The notes beneath the pieces are model-generated. The model had not been told where the DNA came from and did not search any database. It was given only the letters and a program-made list of their open reading frames with translations. DNA of 64,000 nucleotides from Vicugna vicugna (lineage: Eukaryota). Where the stretch lies: positions 7,574,721 to 7,638,720 of the forward strand of contig MU058423.1 of the NCBI GenBank assembly GCA_013265495.1. The letters run 5' to 3'. Below are positions 53,365 through 64,000 of the stretch, piece by piece; the stretch's first letter is position 1; each line of letters opens with the position of its first letter. Made by a program: the position numbers and the translations under genes.

Positions 53365-54218
53365 AAAGTACCAAACTGCACCCTGGAGAGCTGCCCCTCA
53401 GTGTCCCAGACCTCAAATACCTTATGTCCCAAACTGAACTCATTACTTTTTATTTCCTCACACCACTTCAGTTCTGTTCTCCTCCCATATTTCCTACCAC
53501 ATAACAACTCAGACTAGAATCTTAAAAATCATAGTCAATTCTTTCTTTCACCCCTTTTGGAACCACATAATTATATTGGTTTTATCTATGAACATTGTTT
53601 AAATCTATTCCTGCTCTCTATCTCATCTGCCACTGAATCAGTCCTCAGTCTCTGCCAGGACAATCACAGTGACCTTCTAACTCATTTTCTTGCTTTAATT
53701 TTGTCACTACTTCTTATCTATACTGCCTAAAGATACTCCCCTACCCCCACCCAAAATGAATGTCTTAGCAAGTCATGCCCCTACCTAAAATCCTAAACTG
53801 CCTTCCTGGTTGCCTACTGGAAATTCAAATCTATTGTATAGCTGTGAATATATCCTTCACAATTTCAGCCTAGATAATCTTTCTACCCGACTACTGTTTG
53901 CCTCTACATGCTAAGTGTCTTCACACATCATCCTCTATCACAAGCATATTTCCTTTGCATAGAAAATCTTTCTCTTCTTATCATGCTTAGGATTCTTTCA
54001 AACAGTATAAATATCAGTTCTTAAAAACCTTCAGTTCTCCCAGAATTATTCAACCACTTTGCTCCTGTAGTTATCTTTCATGTCTCCCTGTTTTCAAATT
54101 TATTAAACTGCACTGTAATTCTGTGTCAGCGTTTCTGTTCTACTAGACCAAGAATGGTGGCTTATCTGTTTGCCCTGTGTCTAGTACAGTGCATGACACA
54201 CAGATACTACGTAATGAA
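53365..54218 (+). mobile_element. L2 LINE 3' portion
   Basis: acctcaaatac...atgtcccaaactgaactcat, ctagtacagtgcatgacacacag. Confidence 0.7.
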
Positions 54219-54880
54219 TATTTCATTGTGGTTATTGTACTTTTCAATCTAGAATTTCCATTTGGTATTTTAAAATATTTTCTATCTTTTTATTGATATT
54301 CTCTATTTGATGAGACGTCGTTACTGCACTTCTCTAGGCATGGTTTTCTTTACTTCTTCTTTATGCCTATTTATACTACATTCTTAAAAATCTTTGTCTT
54401 CTAAGTCTGACATCTGGTCCCTTTCAAAGGCAATTTTTATTGCCTACTTTGTTTTTCCCCAGTATGGATCACAGTTTTCTGTTTCATTTTTGTGTCACAA
54501 TTCATTTTGTTGAAACTGGACCCTTTAGACAGTATGTTGCAGCAACTTTGGATACGTACATCTTTCTCCTCCTCAGGGCTTGCTGTTGCTTGCTTATCTG
54601 TGTTATGCCTACCTCAATTATTTCAGCAAGGTCTTTTGTGTGCAGTCTCTGATATCATTCCGGAGAGAGTATAGCCTTAGACACGCACAGTCGTGTGAAA
54701 TTCAGTAGACTTTCTTGAATAAATGTTTCCCTATTTTCTATAAACCCTTAGGACAATTTCCAGAGACTTTACAGGACTGGGGGGTTTGGGTAATAATTTT
54801 AAGAAATTATGTTTGCTTTTCTGGGGAAAGTGGCCATGAAGCACCATATAGTACCTTTTCAGGAGCATCTTTTCTATATT
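54219..54880 (-). mobile_element. ancient L1 ORF1/5' region fragment
   Basis: gttattgtactttcaatctagaatttccatttgg, aaatctttgtcttctaagtctgacatctgg, tgttgaaactggac. Confidence 0.65.
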
Positions 54881-55820
54881 CCCTTAATTTATGACAACAT
54901 CTTTGAATAACTTAATGATAAAAATGCATTTATATTTTAACTTTCCAGAAAACTGAGCAGTAGAAAACCTACTAAATTTATGGGAATTAATATATAAAAA
55001 TATTTTAACTGTTGAGATAATAGAGTAAATCCTACTGAATCTTAAAAAGTTTATTTGCTAGCTGATTTTAGGATTTGAGTATTTTCCCCGGCTTGGAATT
55101 ACTAATTAAGTAGCTTTACCTTCAACACCCTGAAATTGACAATAGTATTGATGTTAGGTAATTAAGGATGAGAGAGGCTTCTTATGTTTATTTTATTTTG
55201 TCTTGGTCTTACAGAAATGTATGATCATTATATATTATGAATAAAGTCATAACTGGAACAGTACTGGACATGAATTTGGATTTAACACACCAGATTAGAC
55301 AAGAATTCAGTATCTAGTCTTTGAAATAAAAACAGAGTACTAAAACATGTTCAGATGTAACAGTATAAAATAGTTTATAGAAAGGCCTCCTTGAAAGTTA
55401 AATTCTATGGGCAAGTATAAAATCAAGTTTGTTCAAAAAATAATAAAGAAACAAGACAAACTATCGTATCAGTACCTGGATAGTTGAAAATGAACGATCA
55501 AATCATTGTGTCCAGTGTAGAACTGAACATCATCTGTTTTCACATTCAAGATTCACACATGGCCAGTGTGGCTAAGATCAAGAAAAACCACATGCTTATT
55601 TAGCAAAGCACTGAAAATTAGAGTCATTGTATTAGTTACATAACTGTGTTTACTTACGAACAGCTGCTCTGGAAGACCGAATACCTCTGTTCCTGTGAGT
55701 CATCTCTCAATCCCCATTATAAGTATACTGTATCCCAGCCCACAGACAAGACCCTCATCTTGTACAATTTTGTTTTGTATAGCCCTGGGGGACTAGCACA
55801 GTTTTATTTGTATAATAAAA

Positions 55821-56118
55821 CAGTGTTTCTCAAAGTATATCCCATGGGACACTAGTCACACTATTTAGTAGTTGCAAAATGGCTTATTTTCTGAAAATAA
55901 GTTTGAGAAACATCATATATGATAACCTCTCTCTAAGAGATTAGAAATCTACACTGGGATATTGGATGCTCTGATACAAAGTCTACAATAGAAGAAGTCT
56001 ATTTTGTATTTTAATACATACCTTCCACATTCTCTTGAGCACAGTGCTCTTTTTATATAGGAAATATGAAAATCCCTAAGCTAACCATCTCCTAGTCATA
56101 CTTTGGAAAAACTCTACT
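55821..56118 (+). mobile_element. hAT-Charlie-type MITE (subfamily uncertain)
   Basis: cagtgtttctcaaagt start, aaataagtttgagaaa internal, catactttggaaaaact end. Confidence 0.6.
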
Positions 56119-58899
56119 GTATACATTGGATACTCAATATTTGGGCATTTCATTCATTGATTAAAAATTACTGAATGTCTGCATTGTATGAAACATGCAG
56201 GGCACTGAATATATAATGAAAGGCATATTAACTTGAAAAGTGCTCTGTTATACAAATATGATCATAGTTTCTCTTACATCTTCTTTTATAGAATGAAACT
56301 TAAATATTCTCTATTTACTCTTCTTAACAAAGGACAATAGTTTCAAAATGATTGTATGAATGCTGTCTGTAAGGACATACACTGATAATATAAAAATTAC
56401 CATTAGAATCTGAACATGTTTTATGATGTACACACTTGTTAGACACTTATTTATCATTAGAGTCAACACAAGAGAAATATATGCATTAAATTAGAAATAT
56501 TTCTGATTCAGGGATCAAAATGCCCTTTGTAGCTAAGAAAGAGAAGCAAAACTTCACTTAAGGGAATTCTTTATATTATTTCAGAATCTGGAAAGAAATT
56601 TAGGAAACCCAAGGTCACATATTAGTGTGGCCAAAGAGTAAAAGATACAGTTTTCATCTTCGATACACTTTGCTGAAATGCTTCTCTAAAATTTGCTTGT
56701 ATGAATGGATTGTTGGTATTAGAAAAAGCATAAACAGGAAAGGTCTTTATTACAAGGCACACTACAAAAGGTCATCAAAACTAAATATTATATCTTAGTT
56801 TATGTACATTGCATATAATGTAATAGTACTTTTTCATGACACTTAATACCAAGCAAGGAGGTGATATACAATCCCATAGAACACTCCTGTAGTCCAGTCT
56901 TTCTGCATGACAGTCAGATGGTTTGAAATCTTACAGAGAAAGAAAGTTATCTACATGGGGAATTAGGTGCTCCCAAACCCTATGTGTCAATAATAACCAC
57001 TTTAGAATTGAGTGATCAATTCTAAATTCTAGTTTCACCTACACTTATGGGACTTGAAGTTAAAACTGCTCTCTCCATACTTTTTTCCTCCTAAAAAGTC
57101 TCTTGAACTAGGTCATATAACAGATCTCAGCCATCACATACTCTGACTTTTTCAATAACGTCCCTTGATGTTTACCTGTATTTCCCTTGACTTACAACGT
57201 TTAGCTTTTATCTTTTGTTGATGTTTTGAGTCTGGACAAACTTGCTATTGTTTAATCTGTCAGTGTTGCACCTGAATGGGGACCACAGTGATACCTTTGC
57301 TGCCAAGATATTTGGTTAGTTCATAAGTATCACCAAATGATAGGAATTCACAAGCAGAAGCTAGAATGAGACTCTCTGAGTCAAACATTTTGAAATGATA
57401 TTATGACAGTTTATGTGTCAAGATATTCCTCTGAGAATATCTCTGGTTGCACTGTAACAGGTAAAGGCTAAAATTGGGATCGGACTGTGGAATACTGCAA
57501 CACAGTAAGACAATTTAATCTGTCATATAAGAGCCTTCTTAGCGCATATTTTAAACTATGTCCTATAATATCTCGGGCATGGTGACATTAAAAAAAGTAA
57601 GTAGGAGGAAGAATGCCAACAAGATGACTGAATAAGATGTTCCTTGGTATCTCTCCTCAACAACAGTTTGGTAACCATCCAAGGATGTAACAGGGCTTCA
57701 TGGGAGCTAAGGGATTCAGTGAGGAGACTGTGAAAGCCTGCTGAAATCCAAGAACAAGGAGAGACCTTTTGAGAAGACAGATCTGCATCGAGGCAGCTGA
57801 CTCACTTCTCGTGGTCAGTTTCATATCCTCGAGGACTCAGCTAAGCAGTGACTGGCTTTGGTTCCATCAGCAGCACCAACACCAAGGGACTTGGGAGGAG
57901 TCTTGCCAACTCATGCATCAGGTAACAAGCATACAAACCGGGTCCTGACTCTGGACTCTGAAAGGGCCCATGAACCAGCGCTCTCCCTTGTCATTTGCCG
58001 TCCAGGAACGCCAGGAGAATACTGAGTTAGACAATCACTCACAGAGGAAAGGGCTTTTGTGGATGTCCAGAAGTCCAGCACACCAGTTCAGTCCAGATCT
58101 AGCACACCTCTGGAGCAAAATATGAAACTGAACACATTCAAGAGCACAAGAGGATCGGTCTGACTGTCCGCAATTCACCCCTCCCAAAGGTGGCATGGCT
58201 CAGTGCCAAGAGAGTCCTTCTCAGCTTGTGATGTGTCCTGCTGGTGGAAAGTGAGAATGTGTCAGGAAGCGCCCAGTTTCCCCAGCTGGGTGGGAAGCTG
58301 CCGAAGAGGCCCATTTCTCCGTCTCCACCTCCAGAGTCCCAAGTAGTGAGCTGCACAACTGAGGAGCAGTGAGCAGCTGGGAAAACAGCAGCTAGATCTT
58401 GAAATGCAATACATCAAGGGGACACAGAGCCTAACTACATCAAAAATTTCATTGGGAAGCCCACCCACAAGCCACTGAGAATCCCTCTGGCTGGCCCTTA
58501 GGCATCCCCAGTACCCTGCAATTTTCATATGCACACACCCTTCCACCCCATGGCTGACTCCGTGCATGCTCTTTTCAGCAGCAAAAGTGAACTTCTGTAA
58601 ACAGCTAGTGAGCATGCACAGAAAGCCAGCCAAAATCTGCAGGCCTGAGAAAGACTGCCTTTGGAAAAGCGAAAGGGAGACTGTCAGCACAAGGTCGGCT
58701 CTGGAGGATCAAGAAATGCCATACACGCTTAATTCTGCCACAAGAGGGGGCAAGAAGTGTGGAACAGGCATATCCAGAGAAGGACTGAGAAAGTCTCAAA
58801 AGCCCCAGCAGGACTGACAGAAGATACTCCTTTCCCAAAGTCAGTCAGTAAAGACTGCAGGAGATGACAGCTATTTAAAAAGCAAAGAGAGTAATGCAA

Positions 58900-59850
58900 A
58901 ATTTTAATAAACATAAAAAAAAAAGACACATGACACCACCAAAGGCACACAATAATTGTGCAATTATAGACCCCGAATACACAGAGATTTGTGATTTATC
59001 TGATTAAAAATATCAAAATAGCTGTTTTAAGGAAGCTCAGTGAGCTATAAGAAAACACAAAAAGACCAATCAGGAAACAATACATAGACAAAATGAGAAG
59101 CTTAACAAATAGATCAAAATCTTCAAAAGAAACAAACAGAAATTCTGAAGCTGAATAATATAATGAATAAAACAAAAAACACAAATAGACAACATCAACA
59201 ACAGAATGGATCAAACAAGGAAAAAATAATGTGTCAATCAGTAAATAGATCTTTTAAATTATTCAGTCATAGGAGAACAGACTGGAAAAAAAAAGTGAAA
59301 AAGAGTGAGGAAAACCTACATGGTATAGGGGATATCATCAAATGAGACAATCTGAGAATTACTGGAGTTCCAGGAGGAGAAGAGAAGAAGGAGGTAGAAA
59401 GCTTCCTTAAAGAAATAATGACTGAGAACTTCCCCAAACGGGGAAAACTTCTGAAGATCCAAAGTCATGAAGCCTGTATATAGGTCCCCAAACTCAACTT
59501 AAAGAGATCTTCTCCAAGACACATTATAATAAAACTATCAAAATCAAAGACAAAGAGAGAATCTTAAAAGCAGCAAGAGAGAAAGCAGCTTCTAATTTAC
59601 AAGTGAACCGCCATAAAGCCATCAACGGATTCCTCAGCAGAAAACCTGGAGGCAATGAATGGAATGACATATGTTGAAAGAAAAAAACCAAAAAACAAAA
59701 CAAAAAACTGCCAACTATGAATACTCTATCCTTCAGAGTTATCCTTAGAAAATGGAGGTCAAACAAAAGCTGAGGGAGTTTATCACCACTAGACCCAGCC
59801 TTAGAAAAAATTCTGAAAAGAGTTCTTCAAGCTGAAATGAAAGAATGATA
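58900..59850 (+). pseudogene. decayed L1 ORF1
   Basis: aaggaagctcagtgagcta, ctgagaattactggagttccagg, gaaataatgactgagaacttccc, atcttaaaagcagcaagagagaa, aagctgagggagtttatcaccactagacc; multiple stops and frameshifts. Confidence 0.85.
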
Positions 59851-60757
59851 ATTAGCAATATGAAAACCTGTGAAAGCACACTGGCTAACGTAAGTATATA
59901 GTCAAATAAAAAATACTCCAATATTGTAATATGATGGTATGTTAACTACTTAACTTTAGTATAAAAGTTAAAGGACAAAATAATTAAAAATAAGCGTAGC
60001 TAAAATAATTTGTTAACAAATACAAATATAAAAAGGGGTAAGTTGTGACATCAAAAACATAAAAGGGGGAGTAAAAGGTAGAATTTTTGTATGTGATCAG
60101 TGAAGTTATCAGTATAAAACAGTTTTATCTATAAGCTGTTTTATGTAAGCCTCATGTTAACCACAAAATAAAAACCTATAATAGATACACAAAAGATAAA
60201 AAGAAAGGAATCAAAGCATACCAATACAAAAACTCATTAATTTATAAAGAAAAACAATAAGAGGGGAAGAAAGAAACACAGGAACTAAAATCCCATCCAG
60301 AAAATAATTTACTCTAAATGTAAATGGATTAAATTTTCTAATCAAAAGGCATCATGTGTTCGGTCACAAAACAAGTCTTTGCAAATTTAAGAACACTAAT
60401 ATTATACCAAGTACCTTTTCCAACCACAATGGCATAAAACTAAAGTTAGTTAACAGGAGGAAAACTGGGAAGTTCACAACTGTCAAAATTAAACAACACA
60501 CTTCTAAAGAAAGAAGAGATCAAAAAGTAAAAAGAAGAGATCAAAAAGTAATTAAAAAAAAATTTAAGCAAACTAAAGTGTGGAAAAAAGGGAACCCTTC
60601 CCCTTCCTTAAGCACTGATGGTGGGAATGTTAATTGGTATAGCCACTATGTAAAACAGTATGGAGGTTCTTCAAAAAATTAAAAATACAACTACTATATT
60701 ATCCAGCAAAACCACTTCTGGGTGTATGTCCAAAAGAAATGCAACCAGGATCTTGAA

Positions 60758-61453
60758 GATGTACCCCAATGTTCATAGCAGCACTATTTACAATAGCCAA
60801 GACCTGGAAATAACCTAAATGTCCATTGACAGAGGACTGGATAAAGAAGTTGTGGTACATTTATACAATGGAATACTACTCAGCCATAAAAAAGAATAAA
60901 ATAATGCCTTTTGCAGCAACATAGTTGGACCTGGAGATCATCAAAGTGAAGTAAGCCAGAAAGAGAAAGAAAAATGCCATTGGTATCAACTCACATGAGG
61001 ACTCTAAAAACAAACAAACGAACAAAAAAACAAATAAAACCCAACAAATGAACTTCTTTACAAAACAGAAATAGACCCACAGACATAGAAAACAAACTTA
61101 TGGTTATCAGGGGAAAGAGGGTGGGAAGGGATAAATTGGGAGTTCAAGATTTGCAGATACTAAATACTATGTATAAAATAGATAAACAAGATTCTTCTGT
61201 ATAGCACAAGGAACTATATACACTATCTTGTAGTAACCTATAATGAAAAGTATATGAAAACGAATATATGTATGTACATGTATGACTGAAACATTCTGTA
61301 CACCAGAAATATGACACAACATGGCAAACTGACTATATTTCAATAAAAATTAAAAAAATAAAATAAAAAATTGTTTTAAAACTAAAGCTTATTAAGAAAA
61401 TTAAAGATGAATAAACATATTTTCAGACAACAATAACCACAACCAAAAAAAAC
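60758..61453 (+). mobile_element. nested younger 5'-truncated L1 with extra 3' sequence
   Basis: Cetartiodactyl-type 3'UTR with AATAAA at 61342; bounded by CCAGGATCTTGAA at 60745-60757 and 61454-61466. Confidence 0.85.
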
Positions 61454-61640
61454 CCAGGATCTTGAAAAGATACCTGCACTCTCATATTCACTGAAGCATT
61501 ATTCACAATAGCAAAGATATGAAAACAATCTAAATATACATTCAGGGATAAATGCAGAAAGAAAATATGGTACATGTACAGCCAATGTTATATTATTCAG
61601 CCATGAGAAAGAAGGAAATCCTGCCATTTGCTACAACATG

Positions 61641-62410
61641 AAATGTAATTGGTGCAGCCACTGTGGAAAACAGTATAGAGATTTCTTTAAAAAGATTAAA
61701 AATAAAACTACCATATGAATCAGACATTCAACTGCTGGGTATTTATTCAAAGAAAAAAAACTAATTCAAAAATATATATGCACCCCCATGTTCATTACAG
61801 CATTACTTACAACAGCCAAAATATGGAAACAACCTAAATGTCCATCAATGGATGAATGGATAAAGAAGATACAGTATATATACAATGGGATACTATTCAG
61901 CCATTAAAAAAAATGAAATACTGCATTAGAGACAACATGGATTGACCTCGAGGATGCTATGCTAAGTGAAATAAGTCATATGATCTCACTTATATATGGA
62001 ATTTAAAAAACAACAAACAAAAATCAAGCTCACAGATACAGAGAACATACTGGTGACTGCAGGGGTGGGGACTGGGAGGATGAAATGGGTGAAGGAGGTC
62101 AAAAGGTACAACTTCTAGTTATGAAATAAATAAGACATGGGGATATAGAGCATGGCACCTGTAATTAATAATCCTGCCTGTGTTGCATATTTGCAATTTG
62201 CTAAGAGATAGATCTTAAAAGTCCTCATCACAAGAAAAAAAAAATTTATAGTTGTGTATGGTGATGGACGTTAACTAGCTTTACTGTGATCATTTCACAT
62301 ATATACAAATATTAAATAATTATGCTTGTACCCCTAAAATGAATATAATGTCAATATATGTCATACATACCTCAATTTAAAAAATAAAATAAAATAATTA
62401 GAATAAAAAA
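61641..62410 (+). mobile_element. second nested 5'-truncated L1 (L1MA-like 3' end)
   Basis: ORF2 C-terminus restarts at aaatgtaattggtgcagccactgtgg and runs through its own 3'UTR to an A-rich tail at ~62378-62410. Confidence 0.8.
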
Positions 62411-62989
62411 GTTACTAAGAGAGTAGACCTTAAATGTTCTCACGACCAAAAAAGTCCCCAAAAAGCAAACAAAAAAATGTAATTATACGAAGTTATGGAG
62501 GTGTTTACTAAACTAATTGTGGTAATCATTTCACAATACATATGTGCATCAAATCATCATGTTGCATGCCAAAGTTACAAAATGTTTATATCAATTATCT
62601 CTCATTGAAACTGGGGTGGGGAGAAGCACAAGCAAAAATATAAATAGGTAAAAAAATTCTGTGAAACAGGACTGTTTATGTTCTTTATGCTAACTCTGGA
62701 TCCCACAAAACCATAAAGTAAAAGAAAAAGAGAATATTATTTCCAGGCACATTCTTATTTATATAAAACATTATCATGGTTTACAACCAAAATAATCAGT
62801 AAGTTTTTAAATGCTACCATATATATGGTATTGTTTAATTAGAAAGGCTGAATCACAAAACATTCCCCTTAGGTAGTAGATTTAAATAAAGGCATATTAA
62901 GATTAGCATCAACTTACATCATATCTGTTTCTATTACTTAAAAAAAAAAGACAAAACTCTAAATAACAGGTCCCAAATAATCAAATAAT

Positions 62990-62995
62990 TTTATT
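62990..62995 (-). terminator. candidate polyadenylation signal AATAAA with downstream GU/U-rich element
   Basis: Minus strand reads AATAAA, then ~30 nt later gagttttgtctttttttttt. Confidence 0.35.
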
Positions 62996-63049
62996 TGAAA
63001 TTCTTTGCTCTTGCCTTGCAAGTTGTTTTACAGCTCAAGCATTATTGTC

Positions 63050-63079
63050 AACAAAACAAAACAAAACAAAACAAAAAAC
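63050..63079. repeat. (CAAAA)n simple repeat
   Basis: acaaaacaaaacaaaacaaaacaaaaaac seen directly. Confidence 0.85.
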
Positions 63080-63725
63080 AGCTTTGGGGAAAAAAAACCT
63101 GCTAAAGTTGGAATTCCCTCAGATTGAGCATCCAGAGTAATTAATGTCTCCTCAAAAGAACACACAGCCATCAACGCAGCTGTGGAAATTCTCAAAACTG
63201 GGGACCTTGCGGCATTTTGGAAAATATATTTTCAACTGTTGAACTATCATGCTCCTTTGAGCATGGAAAATATTTGTGGTTAACACTCTCCCCGACGTTT
63301 TCATTATTCTTTGGCAGTGGCACTTCGTAAAAAACAGGACCCTCTCCATTGTTGCTTCCATTGTCTAAGGATTGGGTGGGGCTGGAGCAATGCAGGTGCA
63401 GAGAACTTCTTCCAGATGTCATTCTTGTCATCGGTGTGCTGACATCCACATTAGGAAATGTGTGGCAGAATGTAGCATACCAGGCTCTCCTACAACATTA
63501 ATGATTGCTGGAATGCTCCACCCAAATCCGCCCCTTCAGGAGGGCACTCATTTTCCCAGTTAATAGGATATGACTGCTGATGGCTCCACCTAAGACTCGC
63601 TCTGGGAATGGAACTCACCAGAAGGGTGTTTCCTCTCCCAAGAATATGCTCCTTTTCCTGTTTCAGTGACAGGCTGATCAGGGGTATGCTAACGAAAAAT
63701 ACTGCAAACCATTTCAGTAAAAGAA

Positions 63726-64000
63726 TGCTGAAACCATCAAGCACCAGCCCCCAGTGAAGACAAGCCTGCAGCCCAGCCTCTGCAGCCACTCACAATGGTG
63801 CCCTGAGGGGACTCAGAATAAGAAAGGACAGGGTACTGCCCCTAGATAGCTAGGTGCTTGTCAAAGGAATGAATTCAATGAGCCCAAATGTTTGCTCCCT
63901 CCCATACATAGAAAAGCGCTTAATTCTTTAACTTGAGATGCCTGGTTTTCCTTAGATAACAAGTAACCTTTCATTGTTCCAACTACCTGGTCTTTGTTGT
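63726..64000 (+). mobile_element. ERV1-type LTR (artiodactyl-like), runs off the window end
   Basis: tgctgaaacc start, ggtgccctgagggg, ccctagatag, tcaaaggaatga...caatgagccca, cccatacatagaaaagc, taacttgagatg. Confidence 0.75.

Larger units (their letters stand above)
57606..62633 (+). mobile_element. older full-span L1 (L1MA/MB-like) with deleted ORF2 and nested insertions
   Basis: 5' start gccaacaagatgactgaataaga, GC-richer 5'UTR to ~58900, decayed ORF1, ORF2 pieces, 3'UTR ending ~62620; possible decayed TSD aaaaaagtaagtagg (57591-57605) vs aaaaatataaatagg (62634-62648), 12 of 15 identical. Confidence 0.8.

Noticed and set aside
60356..60682. 108-aa ORF as a novel fusion protein
   Set aside because: It is a chance read-through of joined, decayed L1 ORF2 pieces with a GTG start.
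1..64000. The many 60-130 aa ORFs in the track as real genes
   Set aside because: Most start at non-ATG codons or lie in decayed repeats and show no domain motifs; expected by chance in mammalian non-coding DNA.
1..64000. CRISPR arrays, rRNA, tRNA or operon-like systems
   Set aside because: The DNA is mammalian; I saw no regularly spaced repeat-spacer array or recognisable structural RNA gene.

Overview
AT-rich, repeat-dense eutherian genomic DNA with no host protein-coding gene I can identify. The youngest L1 3' ends look cetartiodactyl, and I see no Bov-tA/CHR/PRE1/Alu/B1/Can SINE in 64 kb, so a camelid-like host is inferred. Most of the window is ancient repeats (L2, MIR, L1M, MLT1/LTR16/LTR33/MER31-type LTRs, hAT MITEs, an ERVL pol fossil); family names are by eye, not from a database search. 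The standout is a ~3.0 kb minus-strand element at 28188-31180: a 16-bp target-site duplication, complete CpG-rich L1 5'UTR, open 300-aa ORF1p, then a jump to a stop-interrupted 122-codon ORF2 C-terminal remnant, 3'UTR and poly(A). This is the architecture of a non-autonomous 'half-L1' (HAL1-like) retrotransposon. A second, older full-span L1 (57606-62633) also lacks most of ORF2 and hosts two nested L1 3' fragments, one with an apparent 3' transduction. A possible minus-strand terminal exon lies near 62970-63489. Boundaries of old repeats are approximate.
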